From a virus (taxonomy: Duplodnaviria > Caudoviricetes): a stretch of DNA of 58,451 bases. This document shows positions 9,343 to 17,721 of the stretch, in pieces. The translations under genes and the position numbers were made by a program. The number at the start of each line of letters is the position of its first letter. The stretch's first letter is position 1. The notes below the pieces were generated by a model, which was not told where the DNA came from, searched no databases, and was given only the letters and a program-made list of their open reading frames with translations. The stretch spans positions 1-58,451 of IMG/VR virus record IMGVR_UViG_3300031669_000033. One strand, written 5' to 3'.

Positions 9343-10571
9343 TGGCGCAGCCGCAGGATACGTCGCTCGTCCAGTTCGCGGCGCAGGCCTATCGTGCACG
9401 CTCGTCGTCGGTGGCGGCGATGCGCTGCGTCAATATGTTCGTGGAGCGGATGCCTCCGGACGCGAAGACGCCGGTTCCGGTGTACCAGGTGCCAGGCTTG
9501 GAGTTGTTCTCGCGGTTTGGTCGCGGGGGTATCACTGGGATGATCGGCATGGCGGGCATCCTGTATGCGGTGTCGGGCAACCAGTTGTTCTCGGTCAACG
9601 CGGATGGGCTTGGCACGCTGCTCGGCACGACGAACCTGAGCAATCGGCTATCGCTGGCGACCAACGACTCACAATTGGTGATGGTCGATGGATACGTGGG
9701 ATGGATCTACCAGCCAGGCGGCTTGAACCAGGTTGCAGCTGCGCTCGCGCCGCAAGGGGCGACGTCGCTGACGCTGAATGTGACCGGGGTGCTGGTATCG
9801 GGGCAGTCGATCGAGGTGATGCTCGATAGCGGGGCGACCTTCGTCACGACCATCAGCGGCACGCCGACGCCGGTGCATGGCGAGGCCGGCCGCTATGTGG
9901 TCACGCTGACCGACGCGCTGCCCAGCGTGGTCTCGGTGGGCGGCGTGGCTAAGGTGCCGACGGTGGTGCTGGGGCAGATCAAGCAGCCGGGGTTCCGGCC
10001 GGCGGCGACGGTCATCTACTTCGACACGTATTTCATTTTCGAAGCGCGCCATACGAATTCGTTTTTTCTGTCCGGGATCGGCGACGGGACGCAATATGAT
10101 CCGCTGGATTTTGCCAGCGCGCAGGCCAATCCAGACTACATTTTGGCGGTCGTCAATTACCATGAGCAGCTCCTGCTGATGGGCGGAAGCACGATCGAGG
10201 TCTGGTATGATTCCGGAGCGGCGCTGTTTCCGTTCCAGCGGTTCGACGGCGCCTTCGTGCAGCGCGGCCTGGCCGCGGCACTCGCCGTTTGCCAGGAGGA
10301 CAACACGGTCCTCTGGCTTGGCGATGATGTGGTGTTCTATCGGCTGGACGGCTATCGGCCGCAGCGCGTCAGCACCTTTGCGATGGAGACGGAATGGAAG
10401 ACGTATCCAACCGTGTCGGACGCTTATTGCTTCGTCGTGACGGTCGATGGGCATAAATTCGTCTTCCTCAATTTCCCGTCGGGCAAGCGGACCTGGTGCT
10501 ATGACATCGCGTCGGGCGCGGAAGAGCCGCTATGGCATGAGCGGGAGTCCTGGGGCTCTCCGTGGGTGTAG
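9342..10571 (+). CDS. P22 gp10-like tail hub / DNA stabilisation protein, N-terminal part
   Basis: C.N.FVE..P, LYAVSG.L, FDTYFIF, LDFASA..NPD, TIEVWY, PFQR, GH.F...NFP..TW.YD...WHER motifs. The ORF stops before the usual C-terminal domain. Confidence 0.85.
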   Translation: MAQPQDTSLVQFAAQAYRARSSSVAAMRCVNMFVERMPPDAKTPVPVYQVPGLELFSRFGRGGITGMIGMAGILYAVSGNQLFSVNADGLGTLLGTTNLSNRLSLATNDSQLVMVDGYVGWIYQPGGLNQVAAALAPQGATSLTLNVTGVLVSGQSIEVMLDSGATFVTTISGTPTPVHGEAGRYVVTLTDALPSVVSVGGVAKVPTVVLGQIKQPGFRPAATVIYFDTYFIFEARHTNSFFLSGIGDGTQYDPLDFASAQANPDYILAVVNYHEQLLLMGGSTIEVWYDSGAALFPFQRFDGAFVQRGLAAALAVCQEDNTVLWLGDDVVFYRLDGYRPQRVSTFAMETEWKTYPTVSDAYCFVVTVDGHKFVFLNFPSGKRTWCYDIASGAEEPLWHERESWGSPWV

Positions 10572-10587
10572 GTAGGGGCCGAGTGCG

Positions 10588-12237
10588 ATGACGCTGCGCT
10601 ACATCGAGGACTTCGGCTGGGTCGGCGCTCTCGATACGTCGGGGGCATTGGCGTCGCTGAATTGGCCGGCTGGGACGGTCGAGGCGCCGGCCATGCCGCT
10701 TGCGGCCGGCGGCATGAAGAACTGGTACAAAATCGCCAGCGGCACGGCGACGAAGTATCAATACGGCTCGGCGACATTCAACGGCATCTTTGTGGGTCTC
10801 CGCATCGCTGCCGGGACGTCCAGCGCGTTTCTCGGGCTGAACTTCAGCGAGGCGAACACCGACAACCTAGCCGGCGGAAGCATCGGCGCATTTGTCTCGA
10901 TCGATGCCTCGGGGACGGTAAGGATTGCCGACGCGGGTGCGGTCGTCGTGGCGACCAGCGCCGCGGGCGTCGTCACCTGGGGCACCGAGTTTTATATCGA
11001 GGTCGGGAACCAGCTCACGACGGGCAATCCGATTACGCAGAGCATCGAGGCCCGGGTCACGGTGGGGGCGTCGACCACGACGCTCACCGCGGCGGGCGTC
11101 AGCAGCGGCGTCAATGCATCGGCCAATCCGGCCTGGCGCATCAACGGGCTGCAGATCGATGCTGGCTCGGGTGCGGTGCTGCTGACGGACATGTATTGGT
11201 GCGACAATGCCGGCAGCAGTCCGTGGAACACCTTTCTAGGCGAGCAAAGCATCAACACCTATTTGCCGACGGCCGACGGCATCGTGGGATATACGCCGTA
11301 CGGCGCGGGCCAGAACTACCAGAATGTTTCGATAGTTCCGACCAATTATCTCACGAATTACAATGCCAACGTAGGGTTTGCCACGACGGACGTGTTTCCG
11401 ATCGGCGGAAACCCGAACGGTTGGACGATCGATACTGTGGCAGCGGTATCGGTGCGTTCGACGGTGTTCTCGGTTCTGCCGGGGTTTGACGGTGGCACGC
11501 ACAGCAGCAAGATCGTGAATGGGGCGCTCGTCTCATTTCTCGGGTCGGCAGTCATCCTTCCGGCGCATACGCCGAAGATCAGCGATTATGTGTCGGTCAA
11601 TGCGCCGGGGACATTCGATCCCTGGTCATTGGCGGCGCTCGCCACCTATCAGTTCGGCTATGTGTCGGGCGTGGTCAACACGAACGTCGCGCATGTGGGG
11701 CAGGCTCCGGTTCTGGTCATGGGCACTTTCAGCGGCGCCCCAGCGCCGCCGGCACCGGGGCCGGACCCGGTGCTGCCACAGTCGCTCGGGGTGTTCCGGG
11801 GCGGCGTCGGAATCAATTTCTATGGCAAGGTTCTATTCGGGGATTCCTTCGCGGGGGTGATAGGCCAGGCCAGTTTCGATGCGTTCACCGAATATGGGCA
11901 GACGATGGTCGGGCTGATCACATCTCCGCCAATTCATGCTAATCGGCGGCGGTTGTTCGTCACGCGGTTTGAGCTGGATATCGAGGCCGGGGTGGGCTTG
12001 ACGGAGGGGCAGGGGAGCAATCCGGTGTGGATGCTCGACTGGTCGAAGGATGGCGGCCGCACCTGGTCGGCGCAGCAGCAGTGGCGCTCGATGGGCCGCA
12101 TCGGCGCCTTCACGCAGCGGCTTCGGTGGATGCGGCTGGGGCAGGCGCGGCAGTGGATCTTCCGGCTTTCATGCACGGATCCGGTTCGGCGGGTGATCAT
12201 CGGAACCTACATTGAACGGGAAGCGGGGATGCTCTGA
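10588..12237 (+). CDS. fusion of a ~390-aa beta-rich domain and the C-terminal part of the P22 gp10-like hub
   Basis: The last ~150 aa carry GKVLFGD, FELDIEAGVGL..GQGSNP..L.WSKDGG.TW...MG.IG....R.RW.RLG..R motifs after a Pro-rich linker. Confidence 0.8.
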   Translation: MTLRYIEDFGWVGALDTSGALASLNWPAGTVEAPAMPLAAGGMKNWYKIASGTATKYQYGSATFNGIFVGLRIAAGTSSAFLGLNFSEANTDNLAGGSIGAFVSIDASGTVRIADAGAVVVATSAAGVVTWGTEFYIEVGNQLTTGNPITQSIEARVTVGASTTTLTAAGVSSGVNASANPAWRINGLQIDAGSGAVLLTDMYWCDNAGSSPWNTFLGEQSINTYLPTADGIVGYTPYGAGQNYQNVSIVPTNYLTNYNANVGFATTDVFPIGGNPNGWTIDTVAAVSVRSTVFSVLPGFDGGTHSSKIVNGALVSFLGSAVILPAHTPKISDYVSVNAPGTFDPWSLAALATYQFGYVSGVVNTNVAHVGQAPVLVMGTFSGAPAPPAPGPDPVLPQSLGVFRGGVGINFYGKVLFGDSFAGVIGQASFDAFTEYGQTMVGLITSPPIHANRRRLFVTRFELDIEAGVGLTEGQGSNPVWMLDWSKDGGRTWSAQQQWRSMGRIGAFTQRLRWMRLGQARQWIFRLSCTDPVRRVIIGTYIEREAGML

Positions 12238-12746
12238 TGTCGGGCAACGGCAACACGCCGAATCGCGTTCCGGGCCGTGTGTTTGGGCAGGTTCTGGTCG
12301 CGGAGCCGGCGGTCGATGCCGGAGGGCGGCTGGCGCCCTGGCTGGCGCAGTTTCTGGTGCGTCTGGCGGCCCTGGTGGGGCCGGTGGTCACGAATGACGG
12401 CACGTCCATCACTGGGGCTGTATCGAATGTGCAGGCGTCGGTGCTGAGTCTGGTCGGCAGCACCGGGACGGATGCGGCAACGCAGGCGGCTCTGGCAGAA
12501 TTGTTCGATCAGGTCGATGCACCGCGGCCGCCGGCGCCGGATGTCGAGGCGGTGGCGATCGGCGGTCCTGGGGCTCCGGCGCTCGATTGCTGTGTGCCGG
12601 CGCTGGCGCCGCTTGAGCCGTGGGCGCAATCTGGCGATGTCAGTGTGGCCACGGCCATCTATGCTCCGTTGGTCAACGGCGATCTGCCGGGGCCGACGCT
12701 GGTCGCGGATCCCTATGGGCAGTGCATCATGGTAGCAATCACATGA
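12237..12746 (+). CDS. putative tail-associated protein
   Basis: Translationally coupled; VD..G.L.PW..FL N-terminus as in post-gp10 genes. Confidence 0.6.
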   Translation: MSGNGNTPNRVPGRVFGQVLVAEPAVDAGGRLAPWLAQFLVRLAALVGPVVTNDGTSITGAVSNVQASVLSLVGSTGTDAATQAALAELFDQVDAPRPPAPDVEAVAIGGPGAPALDCCVPALAPLEPWAQSGDVSVATAIYAPLVNGDLPGPTLVADPYGQCIMVAIT

Positions 12747-13537
12747 CCTATTCCTCGATCCTGACGGACTATCTCGGCGAGGGGGCTGCGGCGTCGCGGC
12801 CGGCCACGCTCTCGATTGCGCCGACGGCGTTGGGGTTCTTCTTCGCTATCGACACAGGTGTGTTGAGCGCGTGGGATGGGACCGGGGTTGCCTGGGTCGA
12901 TATCGGCAGCGGCACCGTGACCACCATCATCGCCGGATCTGGGCTGGCCGGCGGCACGATCACGTCCTCGGGAACGATTTCTCTAGCTGGGATCGCGGCA
13001 GGCAGCCTGATGGGCAACGCGGCGGCGACGGTAGATGTGCCGGGGGCGATCGCGGTCGGGCTCGGGCTCACTCTGGCGGTTGGTGGCACGCTCGAGGTGG
13101 ACACGGCATCCATTCCCGTTCTTGACGGCAGCGGCTTCATTCCGTTCGCTGAGATGCAACCGCAGATCGAGAATAGTCCGGTCGTGTTTCCGTTCATCGG
13201 GTCGCCGGCGGGGAGCGCGCTGCTGGCGTTCGTGGCTGCAGTGCAGAAGACGATTCTACCGGCCAACCTGGCGGGCACGGTGCTAGTGGTGAACGGGACG
13301 GCGGATCTTCCGACGTCGGCGGCCACGGTGACCCTGGATACGCTTTCCAGCGGCACCTGGACGAACCAGGGAACGATCGGCATCAGCACGACTGGCTCGT
13401 TGACGCTGCCGGTATTTGCGGCGGTGACGCTCGATCCGGTGAACGGTGATGCCTTCCGGCTTGTGAACCAGCCCAGCGCGGACGCGACCTTCGGTAATTT
13501 CGCCTTCGGGATTCAGATGAAAAAGGTGGCGGGCTGA
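12743..13537 (+). CDS. tail fibre-associated protein
   Basis: GTVTTIIAGSGLAGGTITSSGTISL fibre motif; G/T/A-rich. Confidence 0.7.
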   Translation: MTYSSILTDYLGEGAAASRPATLSIAPTALGFFFAIDTGVLSAWDGTGVAWVDIGSGTVTTIIAGSGLAGGTITSSGTISLAGIAAGSLMGNAAATVDVPGAIAVGLGLTLAVGGTLEVDTASIPVLDGSGFIPFAEMQPQIENSPVVFPFIGSPAGSALLAFVAAVQKTILPANLAGTVLVVNGTADLPTSAATVTLDTLSSGTWTNQGTIGISTTGSLTLPVFAAVTLDPVNGDAFRLVNQPSADATFGNFAFGIQMKKVAG

Positions 13538-15285
13538 TGTCGAATTGGTACGTCAGCAGCGTTGGCTATGCGGCGGTTGCTCAGTGGTCGGCCAGCGCGG
13601 CCGTCGTTCTCGGGCAAATCTGCCGGCAGATGGCGGCGCCCGCGATCGGCAATGAGCGGTGTTTCGTGGTGACGACGGCAGGCACGACCGGGGCGGCGGA
13701 GCCATCGTGGTCGCTGAACAAGGGCGCATCGACCAACGATAACGGCGTGGTGTGGAAGGAGTGCACCGGGGAGGAAGCCTATCAATCACCGGGGAATTGG
13801 GCAGCGCCGGCGGCGCGCATCGCGCGGATGACCGGGGCGACTGGCTATGCGGTCTCCGGAGATTTCGTGTTCCTCGCATCGAATCATGCGGAAACGGCGG
13901 CAGCGACGACCACGATTGGAAATGCCTTCATCTCGCAGAGCCAAGGTAATCCCGTCAATGTGGTGTGTGTGGACGCGGGCGGGAGTAGTCATGTCCCGCC
14001 GCAAAGTGCCGACATAACGACGGGCGCAAGCATTACGACGACCGGAAATAACTCGATCGTCATTGATGGATATGGCTATTATTTTAACGGGGTGACCTTC
14101 AATGTCGGGTCGGGGGCTACAGGCACCGCATACTTCCAGCGGAACACGATCAATCGTCGGTATTGGCTACGGCTCGATAACTGTGCCATCAATCTACTAT
14201 CGACCGGCTCCGGCTGTCAGATACGGTTCTATACGACAGCATCAAGCAATGCGGTAGAATTGAACAATACGACGGTAGGCTTCGCAAACACGCAGCAGAG
14301 CATTGTCTGTGGAGCCGGCGTCCTCACCTGGCGGGATACGGTCTCGGCTGTGGGTGGGACGGCGGTTCCGGTGGCGCTGTTCCTCGCGTTCGCGGGCGGC
14401 ACCACGCTTCTGTTCGCGGAGGGCGTAGATTTCTCCGGGCTGGGCAGCAATTATATTTTTTCGAATTCTGCCACGCAGGCGGCGATCATCACGCTGCAAA
14501 GCTGCAAGGTGGGGGCCGGTCCCTATATTACGGTGCCGTCGGGTGCCGATGGGGTCAACGCAGGATCGTTCCCGCTCCTGCAGATGATGAACTGCGACAG
14601 CGGCAGTGAAACGGTGCGCAGCCTGAAGTATGCCGGCGCCGATAATCTCGACACCAGCATCACCGTGATTCGAACGGGTGGGGCATCGGATGGAACGACG
14701 GGATATTCCTGGATCATCACGCGCTCGACGGTCAATGAAGCGTGGTCGAATTTCTTCGAAGCGTTCCCGATCGCAATCTGGAATTCGACGGTAGGGAGTC
14801 CGGTGGCGCTGACCATTTTCGGGGTGTGGGACGCGGCGGCGCTGCCGAACAATGATCAGGTGTGGATGGCGCTGGAGTATTATGGCAGTGGCACCGGCGT
14901 TCTGACCGTCGAAGAGTCGGGGAGCAAAGCGACGATTCTGGCGTCGGCGTCGGCGCTATCTGCGGACAGCAGCGCGTGGGACAGCCAGGTGGCGACGCGG
15001 CAGAACAGCACCGCCTATGCGCTGGGGGATGTCTTCAAGACGGCTTCCAACCCGGGGCGCATCTTTATCTGCACAACGGCGGGAACGACGGCGGCATCGG
15101 GGCCGTTGGGATATGGATCGGCAGTCGACGGAGATTCGATCTCCGATGGGACGAGCGTGTTCCGGGCTGGGGTCCGGTTTAGCCAGACGGTCACGGTCAC
15201 GCCGCAGCAGGCAGGCTTCATCCGGGCATTCGTGCGGGTCTCGGCACCGGGGGCGGTCGTGTATATCGATCCGACGGTGAGCTAG
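13537..15285 (+). CDS. tail fibre / tailspike-like receptor-binding protein
   Basis: 582 aa, beta-rich and lower in GC. Two related motifs (W...A..LG....CFVVTTAGTTG; AYALGD...FICTTAGTT) resemble small carbohydrate-binding modules. Confidence 0.7.
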   Translation: MSNWYVSSVGYAAVAQWSASAAVVLGQICRQMAAPAIGNERCFVVTTAGTTGAAEPSWSLNKGASTNDNGVVWKECTGEEAYQSPGNWAAPAARIARMTGATGYAVSGDFVFLASNHAETAAATTTIGNAFISQSQGNPVNVVCVDAGGSSHVPPQSADITTGASITTTGNNSIVIDGYGYYFNGVTFNVGSGATGTAYFQRNTINRRYWLRLDNCAINLLSTGSGCQIRFYTTASSNAVELNNTTVGFANTQQSIVCGAGVLTWRDTVSAVGGTAVPVALFLAFAGGTTLLFAEGVDFSGLGSNYIFSNSATQAAIITLQSCKVGAGPYITVPSGADGVNAGSFPLLQMMNCDSGSETVRSLKYAGADNLDTSITVIRTGGASDGTTGYSWIITRSTVNEAWSNFFEAFPIAIWNSTVGSPVALTIFGVWDAAALPNNDQVWMALEYYGSGTGVLTVEESGSKATILASASALSADSSAWDSQVATRQNSTAYALGDVFKTASNPGRIFICTTAGTTAASGPLGYGSAVDGDSISDGTSVFRAGVRFSQTVTVTPQQAGFIRAFVRVSAPGAVVYIDPTVS

Positions 15286-15288
15286 ATC

Positions 15289-15453
15289 ATGGCGGTGCGT
15301 ACGGTCGCGTTGGGCAGCAGTGCTGCTCCTGGATTGGTCGTAATGGATGCGGCAGCGCGGTCGGTCGCCGTGCATCAGGCGGTGGTGGTACAGGTGGCAG
15401 TCGTGCCTCCGGTGAGCAGCGGAGGTCTGCCGCAAGTCAACATCATGTCTTGA
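15289..15453 (+). CDS. small hypothetical protein (54 aa, below the ORF-track cut-off)
   Basis: ATG 3 nt after the fibre stop: MAVRTVALGSSAAPGLVV...PQVNIMS*. Confidence 0.5.
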   Translation: MAVRTVALGSSAAPGLVVMDAAARSVAVHQAVVVQVAVVPPVSSGGLPQVNIMS

Positions 15454-15557
15454 TGTCGATCGGTGCCTTGCGGTGCGATGCTGACATGGCAGGTCGGTTC
15501 GGTCTAAGGTGCGCGCGGGCATAGGCAGCCGCCCCTTTTTCCTCGAGGCGGTGCAGC

Positions 15558-15899
15558 ATGGCTTCAGCTCTCCAACAGCTTGTTCCTGGTCAGTTCGTTC
15601 CGAACACGGAGACGACGCTCTATACGTCGCCAACCGGAACGACGACGCGTATCGACAAGGTGACGGTGACGAACACCGATGCGGTGGCGCATACGATCAC
15701 GATTCACCTGGTTCCGGCCGGGGGCACCGCCGGCGGGTCGAATTGCTCGACGCAGGCGCAGTCGATCCTCCCGGGCAAGACGTGGAATAGTCCAAACGAA
15801 TATGGGCAGACTCTGCGCGCGGGGGATTTCTTCTCGGCGATCGCGGATTCGGCTGGATATCTGGCTCTGTTCGTCGCCGGCACGCAGGTGACAAACTGA
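15558..15899 (+). CDS. conserved small structural protein
   Basis: TTLYTSP..T.IDK.TVTN...TIHLVP.GG...GQ.L..GD motif; GAGG RBS. Confidence 0.7.
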   Translation: MASALQQLVPGQFVPNTETTLYTSPTGTTTRIDKVTVTNTDAVAHTITIHLVPAGGTAGGSNCSTQAQSILPGKTWNSPNEYGQTLRAGDFFSAIADSAGYLALFVAGTQVTN

Positions 15900-16459
15900 T
15901 GGTCCCGTATGTGATCCTCGGGCTGCCGCGGTGCCGCACCGCATGGCTGGCGCGGTTCCTCTCGACGCCGGAGCGGCCGTGCCTGCATGAACCGTCGCGG
16001 CGGTATAAGGACGTCGAGGATCTGCGGGCGGCGCTGGCCGATGATGCCGCGGCGATCTCGGACAGCATGTTGACGATGCGATGGCGCCAGATCCTGCGGT
16101 GGCGCCCGGATTGCCGGATCGTCGTGGTGCACCGGCCGGTGTCGGAGGTGGTGACCAGCGCGGCGTGGGTCGGCCTGGCGCATCCGAATTTCCGGCCGTT
16201 GCTGCTCTCGCTGACGCGGCGGATCGCGGAACTGCAGGCAGTGGGGATGGTTCTGTCGGTTCCATTCGCAAGCCTGGCGCATGAGGCTGTCTGTGGATCG
16301 GTCTATGAGTTCTGTCGGCAGCAGCCGATGTCATCCAGCCATTGGCGGTTTTGGGCTGGGACGAAGGTAGAGGCTGACGTGCCGCAGATGTTGGACGAGG
16401 TGGCGGCGAACATGGCCGGGATCCGGGCCACATATCCGGAACTGGCAGCCGGCGCATGA
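15899..16459 (+). CDS. sulfotransferase-like P-loop protein
   Basis: ILGLPRCRTAWL (5'-PSB-like), CLHEP and VVHRP..EV..S (3'-PB-like) motifs. Confidence 0.6.
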   Translation: MVPYVILGLPRCRTAWLARFLSTPERPCLHEPSRRYKDVEDLRAALADDAAAISDSMLTMRWRQILRWRPDCRIVVVHRPVSEVVTSAAWVGLAHPNFRPLLLSLTRRIAELQAVGMVLSVPFASLAHEAVCGSVYEFCRQQPMSSSHWRFWAGTKVEADVPQMLDEVAANMAGIRATYPELAAGA

Positions 16460-17016
16460 GGTATCTGCACAAGTTGGCCGCAGGCGGCATCGATACGCGG
16501 CCGGTCATGCTGGAACTATGGCGTCAGCCGGATCTGTGGGGCGAGTATGGGGAGCGGCAGGTGGCGGCGGGCAGCCCACATGCGGGGGCATCGGATATCT
16601 GGTTGCGCTATCGGGCGCGGGAGGAACTGGAGCAGGATCCGGGCTCCTATCTGACGCCGCACATCCCGGTGTTCTATCCCGCATGGCTTCGTCTGCCGTC
16701 GGTGCGGCCGGTCGTGTTCGGCCTGATGGCGGCGTGCAGCGCGGTGCAGCTTGGCGGGGTGATGATCACGCGGCTACCGGCGGGCGGCACGATAGCGTCG
16801 CACGATGATGTCGGCTCCTGGCACGCCGAATTCTTCACCACGAAGGTGTACGTGCCGCTGTGGGGTAACGACGAGTGCTGGAATTTCTGCGGCGGTGAAG
16901 CGGTGGTCATGCGGCCAGGTGAAGCATGGACCTTCGACAACTTGGTTCCGCATAGCGTGGAAAACCGCGGGCCGGATGAGCGGGTGACGCTCATCGTCTG
17001 TCTGCGATGCGAGTAG
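16456..17016 (+). CDS. Asp/Asn beta-hydroxylase-like 2OG-Fe(II) dioxygenase
   Basis: ITRLPAGG.I..HDD, GEAW.FDN..PHSVEN and R..LIV give an HxD...H triad in a cupin fold. Confidence 0.8.
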   Translation: MRYLHKLAAGGIDTRPVMLELWRQPDLWGEYGERQVAAGSPHAGASDIWLRYRAREELEQDPGSYLTPHIPVFYPAWLRLPSVRPVVFGLMAACSAVQLGGVMITRLPAGGTIASHDDVGSWHAEFFTTKVYVPLWGNDECWNFCGGEAVVMRPGEAWTFDNLVPHSVENRGPDERVTLIVCLRCE

Positions 17017-17025
17017 GAGAGCGGC

Positions 17026-17721
17026 ATGCCTTGGGCAGTAGCATCGTCGGCAATCAGCGCGGGCGGGAACATCCTAGGAGGCATCCTGGGCGGCAATTCG
17101 GCGGATAAAGCCGCGCAGCAGGCGGCTGCAAAGCGGCAGGAGGCGGTCGATTTCTCCAAACAGGTCTATGGGGAAACGCAGGGCAACCTGCAGCCATATA
17201 TCGGCACCGGGCAGGATGCGCTGTCGAGCCTGGCGGGGTTCTATGGGCTACCGGGTGGCAACGCCGGCGGGGCTAGTGCGGCATATGACGCTTATACGCA
17301 GACGCAGCCCTATCAGTTCCAGTATGGGCAGGGGCTGCTGGCGGCGAACCGTGGATTGGCGGCATCGGGGCTGACCGGCTCCGGTGCGCAAGCCAAGGGG
17401 CTGACGCAATATGGCCAGGGGTACGCGTCGACCAATTTCGACTCCTATCTTTCGCGCCTGGGCACGCTGGCGGGGCTCGGCCAGAGTTCTGCGATGGGGC
17501 TCGGGCAGATCGGGACGAACACCAGCGGGCAGGTGGGCGGGTTCCTGACGGGTGTGGGCGATGCGCAGGCGGCCGGCACGGTCGGCAGCAACAAGTCGCT
17601 GACCGGTGCGCTCTCGGGAGTCGGTGGGGCGATCGGGGATACGCTTAGCAATAAGGGCGTGCAGGGGTTCCTCTCCGGGCTCAGTGGCTCGTCCTTTGGA
17701 TTCGGTGGGAACGCGCCATGA
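17026..17721 (+). CDS. ejection (DNA transfer) protein, P22 gp7-like
   Basis: Gly-rich N-terminus; PY...G..AL, P.YQF..QG and A.GL..SG...K.L..YGQ..AS motifs. Confidence 0.8.
   Translation: MPWAVASSAISAGGNILGGILGGNSADKAAQQAAAKRQEAVDFSKQVYGETQGNLQPYIGTGQDALSSLAGFYGLPGGNAGGASAAYDAYTQTQPYQFQYGQGLLAANRGLAASGLTGSGAQAKGLTQYGQGYASTNFDSYLSRLGTLAGLGQSSAMGLGQIGTNTSGQVGGFLTGVGDAQAAGTVGSNKSLTGALSGVGGAIGDTLSNKGVQGFLSGLSGSSFGFGGNAP

Noticed and set aside
10569-10590. Stop-codon readthrough joining the two gp10-like ORFs
   Set aside because: The ORFs are in different frames and the second has its own RBS-like sequence.
13537-15285. Diversity-generating retroelement target in the tail fibre
   Set aside because: No reverse transcriptase and no template/variable repeat pair were seen.
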